A DNA stretch of 59,459 bases, filler included, from Sphacelaria rigidula (lineage: Eukaryota): assembly GCA_964200075.2 (NCBI GenBank). It is 9 parts of 9 records of this genome, joined end to end, with 100 filler letters (N's around TTAATTAATTAA, not from the genome) between each part and the next. Parts side by side here need not be neighbours in the genome. Positions count along the whole stretch, not along the records: positions 46,326 to 52,842 come from CAXNAA020019594.1; positions 52,943 to 59,459 come from CAXNAA020019595.1; 7 more parts are not named here. One strand, written 5' to 3'. Of this stretch, positions 47,544-59,459 are shown piece after piece. Positions within the stretch are counted from its first letter, which is position 1. The number at the start of each line of letters is the position of its first letter. The notes beneath the pieces are model-generated. The model saw only the letters and a program-made list of their open reading frames with translations. It was not told the origin of the DNA and did no database searches. A program made the translations under genes and the position numbers.

Positions 47544-50500
47544 CTGACACTATGCCAAGCACGAACCACTTGAACATCATGAACACGATGTAGACCGCGC
47601 CTCTCTTGGTGAAGTCGACGAACAGGGGTTCGAATCCAATTCGAAACTTGCGTCCGTCGAGATCTTCATCTTCCCTGGTGCGACACTTCCACGCGCCCTG
47701 GTCTGCCCACGAAAACACCGAATCGCCCGTGCGCCAGCCATGCCCTACGCCCCTAAGGGTTCGGTGGAAAACATGCGAAAATAATGATGTAGCCGACTAG
47801 TATCCCAGGAGTACCACTCTTTTGACCAGTCATTTACTGCTCAAATCTTGCGGTAACCTTTCCAGGTCGTATTCATGGGGTGTGCGGCAAGCTTTCTTGC
47901 GCGATGTATGTTCACGAAGCACATGCACCTCCCCCACCCTTTTGCTTCCTCCCAGCAGCACTGCCATTTTATTTTGTGATTTTCTATTTGTCGCACTTTG
48001 GACCCCTCGCCATCTTCAAGACGAGTCCGTGGTCTCGAGGAATCAACCCATCTCTCTCCGGTACACGCCTCGCATTTTCGTATCGCGGATTGGATCATGA
48101 TCACCACTACTGCACCGCGTCAACTCACGCCAAACAAACTCAGTCGACTACTTTGTTTACTCACGTTCTCACGCTTTCCACGGTGGAAATCACATACTAC
48201 GACGGAAACAACCAACAAATCGGGAATCGAACCCTCCTTCTTTCCCCCCTGATGGCGGCAGTGTGACCATTGCACCACCGGGGCGCGGCATTGTATGTTA
48301 CGCTTTCTTTTGGCACTCAGTGTACAGAAGGGAAAAGAAAGAGGAGAAGGTTAAAAATTCATGAATCACAGAACCGTGACAATCAAGCAGCCACTACATA
48401 CGCTTTCAAGCACATGAGCTTCTACCCTGGTGTCAACTCAATAGTAACGTACTTGAAAAAGTTGACCACGCGAACTTTGGGTCTCTCGCTCTCATTCGCC
48501 CAGCGATGCTCATAGTCCACCGGCCCGTATTGTGGTCGAATGCGGCTCAACACAATCCGCGATACCCACACGATCATCATGATCGGGAAGATGAACTGAT
48601 GAAGATAACAGTGTCAAGACAATCCCGGGCGGCGGGGCGAAGCGGAGCAGACGGGGCAGAGTGGAAGAGATACTCATGTTCCGCATGCCTTCGGCACTGA
48701 CCACGCGCCCTCGCGAGACGGAGCATGATGCCACTAGCACGATACGCCGGAGCTGATTACAAGGCGGGCACTGTTATGCCTTTACACCGCTTTGTCACCT
48801 GAATTACCCAACCCGCCGATCGTCGGCTAGGCATATACCTATGGCGTCATCTGTCCGCACTACCGTGGTGAGCGAGGTTGTTCCGGGAATATAAATTCTT
48901 GTCAAGTCGCCAAAACAAGTTACTGCACTGCAGTTGCAGATCAGAGCTCGCATGCTTCAAGCTACCGAAGCGAAAACAAGATGACCGTTCTCGATGGCTG
49001 TCATCGAGGCAGAAATGAAGGCACATGCACGTCTCTACTAAAATCTGTGATGAAAACCATGCTCAAGGTTTCAACTCTTCCCACTCACCATCGCGAACCC
49101 TCCGATCACGACGAGCGGCCAGCACCCGCTAGTCAGCATGCGCGCTTCAGCCGCAGACGCACCCTGGTAGGTCAGCAGAAGGAACACCAGCTCCACGTGC
49201 GGGAAGTACAGCAACATTGAGGTGTGCCTTTGCCGTCACGAGAAAAGCATACGAGAAGTGCACGACAAAACAAAAAAAACTCCGTACGTTGACCTTGACG
49301 AAAAATATTACTCCAACAGGCAGTGGGCTACCCGCACCATTTGATAAGACACAGAGTAAGCCGAACGGAGATACTGCGCTCGGAATATCACATAACGTGT
49401 CCTTCCCTCGAACCCTTTCACCGCTGAGAGCCCTGCTTCGATGCTGAATGAAGGGACTCTAGACGGGGGGGGGGGTCTCGTTACCTTCTTGGAGACACAG
49501 CTACACCAACAACTTCGTACCAGTATAGGTGTCCAACGCTACCTCATCTTCGATCAGCTCATCATGAAATACATCCGGAGTGTATGTTTTTACATGATGA
49601 ATTTGTCTATTCGTGTTGCATCAAGTTTTTCTTGAAATGATGAGAGAAGACTAGTCCCATCTCCCCACCTTTTGAAGAACCGTTCGGTAGCCATGGCCTC
49701 CTGTCTGTCCAGCTCTCGCTCCTCTTCATTCTCGTCCAGCCATGGCGTATAGGCCGTCCTTGGCGATAGACTCTCCTGGTGCGGAATGAAACGAGCGCAG
49801 ACCAAGTGGGAAGTAAATGGATGAGATACAGGCGTTCACGTAATGTTCGGGAAGGTTCGTACGTGAACACTGCGTTATCCTGGGGAATTTACCGGCTGTG
49901 CCGTGGGCATTCAAGCGCAATGTATTCGCGAAAGACCACGGCGGAAGCCAATAAAAATATGGTTGTCGATCAACAAATCTCCTGTGCGTGCCTCTGGACA
50001 TCAGTGATGCCGCAATAATCGATTGAGAAAAAAGTTGCGTGTATTGCAACTCTTACAGTAGTGGGCGGTCTAACTTTTCATTTTTCGGCATTTTGTGATT
50101 TTTTGGTATTTGATGATTTTCTTGAGCTCTTTTCGCTTGCCACCGCTCATCACATCGGGGATCTGTAGATATTTGTATTTTCCAACAAGAGAAAAAAATA
50201 TGTACTCATTATTGAGTGACTTACGGGCTGACTAGTCATCGGGGATCCTGGCACGTTTCAGCCCAGATTCTTACTCTTCTGTATTCTCGATCGATCGAGC
50301 CCGTCTCGAACATATATTTGTAAGGAAATGTACAGTTTTATTTTTTCGAATTTGTGCCTACTAATTGCACTACGGCCAAAAAACTGTGTTTCACGGTCAA
50401 TAACACCCTCCTGATGAACGGGGTATTTACTCGTTTCGCCCGATAACACCAACTAACACTGACTTGGGCCCTGTGTTTCGAGGATGATCTGCTTTGTTGT

Positions 50501-52842
50501 ACCAAACGCTACCGACGCTAGCAATTTCGAGTCCTATCGAAGAGTAGCACGCGAGGAAAACCCCAAAACACCCCAAAATAGTTAGATCGCCCACTACGGC
50601 AGACCGCGAGGGTAGTCCATCTAGACCATACATATTTTTTTCACGTGAAATTGATGCCGATTCAACACATGACATACTCTCGCGTTCCACGGGTTAAACG
50701 ACAACACAACTTCTCTCTCGATTTTTTCAAAACGTGCTTCACGACATCCACCTTCTTTTCTTGGAACGGCACTCACTTTCCCTCGCTCTCGGCGGCGTTG
50801 CAAACGGCTCCTGCGGAACGCATTGGATGTTGCCAACCACCTCGCCTCCGTGAATGACAAGAACAGCACGTGCATCACCACTAGGAAAAGCAGTCCCGCG
50901 AAGACCGCTAGCGTGTTGAACAGCCATATCCCGTTGCTGTTCTCTTGCCAAGAGTAGACGGACTCCTGTGAGGGTGGGGGCGTCAATCATTGGCATCGAC
51001 ATGGTGTTTGATACTATTTTCACGTTAGCTCGACGTCTAGCTCACAGGGTGGTGGCGCCATCTACGATGTCAATGGACGAGTGAAAAACATCGTGGTTTG
51101 GCCATCTGTGTTCCCACACACGGTAGCCCGGAATATCGTCTCATAATTTGTGCCCGAGGAAGAAACGCGCAGAGAAAATGAACAGTCACCTTGTCGCCGC
51201 ACGCCAACCAAGCGGTGAAGCGATTGTCGTCGAAGTGCAGGTTGAGCCACATGAGCTTCTTCATCATATCCATAAAGGGCTCGCTGATGTTGGCCTCCAG
51301 CAATCGCAGCGTGCTCAAGAATTGCATCTGGAATACCATTAGCTGAAGTAACAAAGACACAAACATCACGAGAAAATGAACAGATTTACAAGGGTTCGAT
51401 ACAAACTAGCAGGGCACGAAAAGAGCTGCACCATCTCAAGTTGTAACATGTAGAACAGTTGATGCGAAAACACATCGACATAATTTGAAACTACTAGACG
51501 TGAGTGGAACACAACACAGAACGAATCACCAAGGACATGTATACATCGGGTGAGGTACGTGAGCAACACTACACACGATCTAGCAGCGAATGTGCAGTCA
51601 CTCACCAGCCCAAGAGTGGCAGACGCGCTGCGTTGAGACGTACTCCCAGGGTCTACCACATCCTGCCCGGACACCTGATCACCGGCGCCGCTAGTGGTGC
51701 TATTGTTGACCTGGGCATTGCTAGTCGTGGCCTGCCCCGTGGTACCCGTGGTCGTCGAACTGGTTCCGGTGGCAGTGGTCGTTCCAGAGGTGGGACCTGA
51801 GCCCGGGACAGTGGAAGTAGGAGCCGCCGTGGTGGGCCCCGTCGCAGTAGGGGCGACGGTAGCTCCCGTTGTTCCCGTCGTCGCGCCGCCGCCAGCAACT
51901 GCCGTGGCTCCAGTGGTACCACCACCAGCGACTGTGGTAGCTCCAGTAGCACCACCACCAACAACTGTAGTAGCCCCAGTAGCGCCACCTCCAACGATTG
52001 TGGTCGCTCCAGTGGCACCACCACCAACGACTATGGTAGCTCCAGTGGCGCCCCCGCCGGCGACTATGGTAGCTCCAGTGGCACCACCGCCAGCGCCTGT
52101 GGCAGCTCCAGTGGCCCCACCGCCTGCCACTATGGTGCTTCCAGTAGCACCACCGCCTGTGACTGTCGCAGCTCCAGTGGCCCCACCTCCGGCGCCTGTG
52201 GCAACTCCAGTGGCGCCACCTCCGGCTCCTGTGGCAACTCCAGTGGCGCCACCTCCGGCGCCTGTGGCAACTCCAGTGGCCCCACCTCCGGCTCCTGTGG
52301 CAACTCCAGTGGCCCCACCTCCAGCAACTGTCGCGGCTCCGGTGGTCCCACCGTCAGCGACGGTCGTGGTTCCGGTGGTAACGCCGCCAGTAGTAGTCCC
52401 AGTAGTCCCACCACCAGTGCCTGTGGTAGCCCCAGTGCTATTACCGGCAGGAGCTGTAGCAGTCCCAGTAGCTCCACCGCCAGTGCCTGTGGTAGCCCCA
52501 GTGCCATTACCGGCAGGAGCTGTAGCAGTCCCAGTAGCTCCACCGCCAGTGCCTGTGGTAACCCCAGTGCCATTACCGGCAGGAGCTGTAGCAGTCCCAG
52601 TAGTCCCACCGCCAGTGACTGAGGTAGCCCCCGTGCCACCACCACCAGGAGCTGTAGCAGTCCCAGTAGTCCCACCGCCAGTGCCTGCGGTAACCCCAGT
52701 GCCATTACCGGCAGGAGCTGTAGCAGTCCCAGTAGTCCCACCGCCAGTGCCTGAGGTAACCCCAGTGCCATTACCGGCAGGAGCTGTAGCAGTCCCAGTA
52801 GTCCCACCGCCAGTGCCTGCGGTAACCCCAGTGCCATTACCG
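47544..52842 (-). CDS. Multi-pass membrane protein (TRP/FLC-like membrane region, brown-algal 'adhesin-like' type) with a long Gly/Thr/Ala tandem-repeat region, partial, 7 exons
   Basis: Exons >52842-51606, 51342-51190, 50965-50777, 49775-49669, 49227-49089, 48595-48453 and 47752-47544 are phase-consistent with AG/GT flanks. Motifs are LMVFQMQFL...LMWLNLH, YFPHVELVFLLLTYQG, FIFPIMMIVWV and FRIGFEPLFVDFTKRG, with several hydrophobic helices. The family label is from memory. Confidence 0.8.
47988..48288 (-). mobile_element. tRNA-derived SINE family B (intronic)
   Basis: Minus-strand head GCCCCGGTGGTGCAATGG (A box) ... GGTTCGATTCCCG (B box). The body is shared with 25630-25893 and 52975-53268. 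Confidence 0.8.
50230..50525 (+). repeat. Dispersed repeat family C, copy 3 (intronic)
   Basis: Matches 5445-5730. Confidence 0.7.
51880..52842. repeat. Coding minisatellites: 66-bp units (~52400-52842) and 36-bp units (~51880-52340)
   Basis: The minus-strand frame encodes (GNGTGVTAGTGGGTTGTATAPA)n and (GGGATGVATGA[G]/GGGATGATIVA[G])n. Confidence 0.9.
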
Positions 52843-52974
52843 NNNNNNNNNNNNNNNNNNNNNNNNNNNNNNNNNNNNNNNNNNNNTTAATTAATTAANN
52901 NNNNNNNNNNNNNNNNNNNNNNNNNNNNNNNNNNNNNNNNNNCCCCCCCCCCCGCCCCCTCTGTTTTTTTTTCC

Positions 52975-53268
52975 CTCGCACTTTGACCCCCTCCCCTTCC
53001 TCGGGATGAGTCCGTGGTCTCAAGAGATCAGCTGATCTCTCCCTCGGTACGCGCCGTACATTTTGGTCTAGCGGATTGGGTCAGCACTCCCGAACCGCCT
53101 CGCCTCACGTCACACAAATCTAGTCGACTACTTTGTTTACTCACGTCCTCGCGCTTTCCACGGAGGAAATCATACATTGCGAAGAAAGAACCCTACGCAT
53201 CGGGAATCGAACCCCTGTTCTCTCCACCCTAATGGCGACAGTCGGACCATTACACCACCGGGTCGCAG
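52975..53268 (-). mobile_element. tRNA-derived SINE family B
   Basis: Minus-strand head GACCCGGTGGTGTAATGG ... GGTTCGATTCCCG. Confidence 0.8.
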
Positions 53269-53274
53269 CGGCTG

Positions 53275-53385
53275 GCCCGGCGAAAACCCGGCGTGCTCCG
53301 TGCCGGCTTTGTAGGGATGCGAGGTCAATGGTCATGTGACTATGGCATGCAAGATCATGAGTACACCCTCATCCCCCTCACCCCT
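53275..53385 (+). mobile_element. Retroelement 3' end, C-rich tail subfamily 2
   Basis: CCCGGCGTGCTCCGTGCCGGCTTTGTAGGGATGCGAGGTCAATGGTCATGTGACTATGGCATGCAAGATCATGAGTACACCC. Related copies are at 7378-7468, 7812-7860 (-) and 39709-39770. Confidence 0.7.
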
Positions 53386-53706
53386 CACTACTTCTCGTTC
53401 TCTCCTCCGCGGGCGGTTCGCGGCTTGCGAAATTGGCACATGACTGTCACTTCCATTATATTTTTGGACACGGTGTACCGAGTTGAAGAAAAATGGCTAT
53501 ACATGCAGCAGAAGACAGAAGCTGAGATCGAGGCGGAGGAAGCGTATTGTAAGTCTCGCGTTTTCGTGTGTTTTGGCCCTGGACCAATTTATTTACTCCA
53601 AACTCGAAAAAGACCCCAGGACATTCATCTTCAGCCACAGTTCCACCAGAAACGATATGTTTTTTACATGAATTGTTTGTCGTGCACGTTCGAATGCCAC
53701 TTACAG

Positions 53707-54887
53707 GTAGCCGAAGTCAGAAGCCGATTCGAGGGTGAAGAAGGCGGGGTGGAGCGATTTCTGGAGGTGGCGAAACGGCTAGGGTTTGATAGCAGGCAGG
53801 TAGACCGATCCAACACAATGTTTCTCATGGCGGAGTTTAAGAAATCAGGACGGGAGCCAGAAGACGGAGTTGAATTCGAGGCAAAGGTGCGTGGGTGATG
53901 GAAGGTCTGCTTCCCTCCCTGTTTTTTTTTGTTTTGTTAGCTGCCGCAGCTTGAAGTGGTGGTACTGTTGTGGCTACCACCGCACATGCCATTTCCTCGA
54001 GAAAACCGTTGCTTACTCTTCTGTATGTTTGGAATCTTGGTCCACGGTGGTTGTAAAATACCCCGCAGCAATTGGCATTAGCCTCAGCGCCTGTTGGCCA
54101 GTACGTCATCGCTAGCCGCGTGTTTCAGCCTGCCGATGCTGTAGCGGAGGAGTTGGCGCCATGTCACAAGAACGAGCGCTGTTTTCGTGTGCGGAATGCC
54201 CGAAGTGTTGTGTTTGCTTTGCTGGCTGAGTTTTTTCATCCGATGGCAGCCGCAAAATTTGTCGCGTGCTGTGCAGGAGCAGAGTGCGTGGGCTAAGTGC
54301 GACACTGATATAAAGGAAACAAAAATATATCGCTTAGTTGTTCCCCGGTTTTCGTGGTCGCCTTTCTGAGTAGTGAGACGGAGCCTGGTTGTTGTAGATT
54401 GCACACTGTTGTCGATAGGTGATCGGGGGAGGCAAGAAATGTAGGGGAGCAGCTATTTGTAGACGTGGTACATTTGCAAACCTTGGGGTGGGTTTGCTTT
54501 TCTCCGTGGAGTGATGCTGCGATAGCCCCCCCCCCCCCCCAAACCAGCCCCAATCCTGTCACGAGGAAAATGGCCATACAGGGCATGATAGCTCATTTTA
54601 GATTGTATGAAGCGCCTCGTATGGGCGATGTTGGCGACGATGATCTCCAGCGGGTGATTTCCCGGCTGTTCTTTGTGCTCGGCTTTTTGTCATTTTGATT
54701 TACATGTAGCTTTCGCCTGCTCAAACCAGCCGCTTTGCTGGGGGGGGGCTATCGCGGCATCATCCCGTGGTGGCGATGTAGTTGGGGCCCGCACGCATTC
54801 TCATGATCCTGGATTTGACACGCATCCCCACATGCCGTCTGTCACTCTTTCCCGAATGAGCAGGCATGTGTCTACAAGCGGCGATAG
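53707..54887 (+). CDS. RRP8: Ribosomal RNA-processing protein 8 (rRNA adenine-N1 methyltransferase), last two exons
   Basis: Exon 53707-53886 encodes VAEVRSRF...VERFLEVAKRLGF....DRSNTMFLMAEFKK...EAK. The 24-nt terminal exon 54864-54887 encodes ACVYKRR*. AEVxSRF and terminal CxYKRR are RRP8 signatures. Confidence 0.9.
54512..54762. mobile_element. MITE in the last RRP8 intron
   Basis: TGATGCTGCGATAGCCCCCC ... GGGGGGCTATCGCGGCATCA inverted ends. A second diverged copy lies at ~55571-55798 (shared ATGAAGCGCCTC.ATGGGCGA). Confidence 0.7.
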
Positions 54888-57800
54888 GGTGACTTGAGCG
54901 TCACTAATCCCTTGGATGCGGTGCTTCAGATACTGCCTCGGAGCCCGCTACACCCGCAGTATGTGTCCGCAACGGGTATAAAAGAAGTCATTTCCGGCTG
55001 AACGCCGGAGGGTGGGAGTGTACTAGAGACGCACACGGTTGGGGAGGGGAGGGAGAGGGGGGCGGGAGGCGTCACCATAGCACCGAATAAGCTCTGGTGA
55101 GCGCGCTTCTGCCTATGTTGCGAACACGCTGGAAGGAAGATGGCAAGAAGGATGGAGTAGAAGAGAAGTGGCGACGTTTTCGACATGGAAGACGTGACAG
55201 GCAAATATTCAGCCGCCTTTCATACCCTCATGAGACCAGTTCATTTCCCAAGCCTGCACGGGAATACCGGCTGTGGCCCCGACGGGCGTGCGCGCGCGCG
55301 ATTAGCGGCTGGAAATGTAGGGCCCGCATCGGGTTGGATGTGTTGAGCGTTGAGGCGGTGTGCTAAAAATTGTGCTGAAACCTTGATTGTTTACCCCGAA
55401 TCAGTGGCATCGGGCTAGGTATCAGGTTTGGTATTCACCGATGAATGAACGAGATCCGTTGCTCACTCTTCATGTTGATGGTTCTGCACGCTTCTACTGG
55501 TCTTGAGGAACGCATGCGAGAGAGTGAGGCGAAAGTGACACTATTTTGGTAGACTGTCTACAGTCTCTACCATAGCCCCCCCCCAAAAAACAACCAAAAG
55601 GTGTCACAAAAAAAATGGTCATACAGCGCCTGATGTTTGGGTTCCGGCTGCATGAAGCGCCTCACATGGGCGACATTGACGAGACCGAACCCATGCGTGG
55701 GAATTCCCAGCTGCTCGTTGTGCTCAGCTTTTTCCACTTTGGTTTATGTCAAGATTTTCCTCCCTAAAAAACCAGGCACTTTTTTCGGGTGGCTGTCGAA
55801 GAAAGTGTCGTGAATATCATTGATTGCTTCAGTGAGGAAACCCGCTACTTCTATCCCGCGTATCCTAACAATCAACACTTGCCGAGTACCCATCCATCCT
55901 CACACGACACCCCGAGTTGCCCCGCTTGCTTGTTGTCTACACAGTAGACGTCCGAATATCACCCAAACTGTCCGACTGATACGACCCCGCTCGATAGCTG
56001 TGACTCCCCGAGACAATATTCTACGACAAATACCCACGCCAGCATCATGACGGCATTGCACAATGCATCGATGCTTTTCCCCACCACACGCGACCACGGT
56101 CGGGACAAGATTATCATGTCGCTAGTGGGCATCGTGCTCTCTCCGATGCTTGAGGGCTGTGCTCATCTGAGGCGGCGGCGGATCCACGATGTCTACCCTC
56201 GGCTGACCAGTCAAGATGTTGTACCCGCACCTGTCGTTGTGAATGGACATTAGTCGCACTCGTGACGTCACTAAGCGAAGGTGAAAGGGATCGATGAATG
56301 CGGAGCATCGACAAGTTGAAACACCGATGATGGAAGAACTCGCGGAGGGGCGGATACCAATTCCTTTCATTAAAGCATCTTGATGCTGAGATGGGTGGAG
56401 CGGGTGGGGGGCTCCGTGTAGCCGATGCCATTGCTCTGTCTGCGCGTTCTTCCGGCAGGCACACAGAGCTACCTAGGATAATTATATGTTTACATTTGGT
56501 TTTGCACTCCTCCGCCGGGTGGGGTGAGGTGGGGACAATCATTCGGGTATACCCGTGGAGAGCCGAGCGAACGTACCGGGGGCGATCACTGTGTTTCGAA
56601 AAAGATGAACAAATAAATATTCGGGGCGAAAAAGGCGGCAAGTGACGAGAACAGTCTAGTGGACGTCACAGCCCCTTGAAGGTGTGCCTTTGGCGGGTGA
56701 TAGATTTTCCCCCCAGCGGAACAGTATTGTAGCTGTAGCCGGGACAATGAACGGTGAAGAAATAATAATCATAATAGCAACAATTTGTACTCAGCAGTGT
56801 ACCGGCTGTCGGCAACTCGGAATATCGCACGTTCACGCGCATCGTTGTGTATCCATCGAGCATCTCTAGAGAAAATCGGTTGCTCAGGGACAACCGACTC
56901 GTGTTGGCTCAATTGACACCCCCGTGCGGGAGCGTTCGCTACGATCTGCGAGCATTATTAGTGAGTGGTGCTATGGTAGGGGTGACACTTTTTGGTTCTG
57001 GGGTCTCTTTTTTGTAGGAGCCCAAATATCAAGGGCTCACTGTGCAGCCCCAATCCTTTGGCGGCCCGACTCCCAGGAACATAATGTTTGCACGCAGGGG
57101 CCTTGTCGTGAATCGGCGTCATTTATAGTCTTTTTCACGTAAAAATTATGCTGATTCACCAAATAAAGGTCCCTCCAGCTAAATTATATGCACCCCTACC
57201 GTAGCATAACGCTAGTGTTGTTGCTTGGTGCCCATTCGATATCCTAACACGAGGTCTTCGAGGTTTTGGAGATGAGGTGATCTGATGGTCATCCAGGGCA
57301 CGACCGCTCGACACGCTAACTTAGCACTTCGCGGCAGCGCTTCATGTTTATCGGGTTGGCCTTCCTCAACGCCAACTGATTCTCGATGGAATCCCCTGTA
57401 CCAGGCCGGTGTGTATATACGTGAGCGTGTTTCCGTTTCATCATTCGCTTTGCTGTGAGTAATGAGTCATGCCACGATAGGAGGGGAGGGGGGCGGGAGG
57501 AGGGGTTGGGCCATTTCTTCCACGAAATTCCACCTCAAATCGATATATCGAATGCGCTTGATAGCCTTTTTTTATCGACCCTGTTCTTTCGGAGATCTCC
57601 GAGATTGTCCGGACTGGCGTGTACCTGATGATTCTCGAATGCTCGGGAGCGTCACGACGTTTTCACAGGGCAGCTCTCCGAGGTGCTGCGTTGCAAGTCC
57701 GAATTTTTCGGCCTTTCTCTAAAAATCAAGCTTCGGAGAAAAAATCAAGCCGCTTCGTTCTCGGAGAAGTCTGAACGCAGAGTAAATAAACTCTGAAATT

Positions 57801-59074
57801 TTCCAAGACCTCTGAAAAACAGTGTCACCGATGAATAGCGCTCTCTTTTTCATATTTCTTGACACCGTTTATACCCAAATACAAGCGCACCGCGAGTGTG
57901 TTGAGTTATGTGACACCTATCAGCTCTTTCATTCGTGGACCCGAACAACCCTCCCCCCTATGGTGGTATTTCTCTAATACACAACCGGGGCGAAGAAGCG
58001 TGGACCAGATGCCATACAACCAGCAGCCCTTCCTTGTGGTGTGGGTCATTTCGCCGGGTTTTGGGATACAGCCTGAAAAATACTGTGTACTGTACAGTAT
58101 TCTGACGGAAAAACAAGAAGCACGATTTCCTCGAATACGATCAAATGCCTCTGGTATCGTTGAGTGTTCTGCTTGTGGCGGACGGGGGTAATATCTCGGA
58201 ACCACCCCCGCCTCCGTCGGCATGCTCCTAGCGACGGAAAACCACGGCATCACTTCGTAGCCGAACACGACGGATACGATTGCGAACCCTCGACTCCCCC
58301 AACCCTCCGTGAACGCAACACGAAGACAGGTGGTCTCGTGACTAAACACAACAACAAATTATCCGTCCGTTTACTGCCCCCCTAGAGGCATTGTGTGCTA
58401 TTGGTTGTAATGGTGGGTTCCACCACATAGCGACGCACCTGGAGTCGCCAAGGCGGGTTACATTGTTGGATCTTATCAGAGCTCTGTGCTTGGTAATGTT
58501 ATCGTCGTGCTCCAATCGCTGACCGTCCATGCCGTCATCGTATCTGAGAATCAAATGGAGAGGTCGAAGACATTAATCGGCGTGTGAGGGACTCAGAGAC
58601 GTGGGAGAAAACACACATAGAAAAACACGCGGGCAGCGTGCTGGTGACACAGGCAGAACTGCCGAAAGAGGAAAGCGTGACGGGAAATCCCAACCCCCCG
58701 CGCGGGCTCTCGTAGATGGATGCGTCAATAAACAGTATTTCCAGCAAGGATCTGTCAAAAATATATTTCGGGACACGTGGGCCCCAAAAGCGAAAATTCG
58801 AGTTTTTGAGGGGGGGGGGGGGGGGGGACACCCAGCTGTGTGTCCCTTAGATTTTCGGCCGGGGGGTGGGGGGGGCAAACATCCTTATTCATTTTTTNNN
58901 NNNNNNNAAAAAAAAAAAAACAAGGCGGGAGAGGAGAGGAAAAAAATAGGGTGGCGGGCGGGGGGGACCAAAAAGGGAGGGTGGGGGGGGGGGGGGGGGG
59001 GGGGGGGGGGAGACACCCAGCTGTGTGTCCCTTAGATTTTCGCCGAGGCGTTGGCGGATGCGATCATCCTTATA

Positions 59075-59395
59075 CATTTTATATGATATGTTATATGTCA
59101 TATATAATATATCATATATTATATTTCAAATATTACATATCATATTCTATATTTAATATATTACATATCATATATTATGTTTCATATACTATGTGCCATA
59201 TAATATAGGTCAATATTGTAGGTCTATATTACATATATGCTTATTTTCCATAATATATACTATACTATATATATTATATACAATATATTTTTATATTATA
59301 TAATTATATATATATATAAATATTCATCAAGGGGCAGCATATACTGTATTATACAATTATATATAAATATATATACTACATAATATATACCATAT
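59075..59395. repeat. AT-rich low-complexity (ATAT/ATT) tract
   Basis: Degenerate TA-microsatellite-like sequence. Confidence 0.85.
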
Positions 59396-59459
59396 TGTGG
59401 GAGATATCCCTTTGCAGTGACATATCAGAGACTGATGTCACACATGTATACAGACCCAG

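Noticed and set aside
49338..49458. Extra candidate exon in the membrane-protein gene
   Set aside because: Exon 49775-49669 already joins 49227 in phase (FFKR-HTSMLLYFPH). Inserting this segment with its obvious donor breaks the phase.
51694..52890. 398-aa Pro/Val-rich plus-strand ORF (extensin-like) and the Leu-rich minus ORF 52130-52837
   Set aside because: These are shadow frames of a codon-periodic repeat. Only the Gly/Thr frame ends at a GT donor in phase with the downstream membrane-domain exons.
7495..54887. Functional cluster of NTT, SRP72, membrane protein and RRP8
   Set aside because: Each gene is on a different scaffold, joined only by artificial linkers.
57906..58349. 147-aa minus-strand ORF
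   Set aside because: No recognisable motif or convincing splice sites.
58808..59045. Direct repeat GACACCCAGCTGTGTGTCC(C)TTAGATTTTCG on both sides of a 10-N gap
   Set aside because: Probably an assembly duplication around poly(G). Similar degraded duplicates flank the 10-N gaps at ~2410 and ~8378.

Overview
Eukaryotic, intron-rich and repeat-rich DNA that looks like a brown alga (Phaeophyceae/stramenopile). This is inferred from gene structure, protein motifs and repeat families, not from a database search. The window is not contiguous. It is nine scaffolds of 6518 or 6517 bp joined by 100-nt linkers (44 N + TTAATTAATTAA + 44 N), so adjacency across a linker carries no biological meaning. 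Five spliced, partial protein-coding genes could be reconstructed by hand with phase-consistent GT-AG exons: a plastid-type ATP/ADP (NTT/TLC) transporter, SRP72, an uncharacterised conserved protein, a multi-pass membrane protein with a >400-aa Gly/Thr tandem-repeat region, and the 3' end of RRP8. Scaffold 5 is a decayed, near-complete chromodomain-bearing Gypsy LTR retrotransposon. The rest is LINE fragments, two tRNA-derived SINE families, several MITEs and foldback elements, and a piggyBac-like relic. The most notable observations are a family of retroelement 3' ends that terminate in C-rich rather than poly(A) tails with a conserved small stem-loop, the Gly/Thr-repeat membrane protein, and a ~470-nt intronic foldback element. 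No CRISPR array, rRNA or intact tRNA gene was found.
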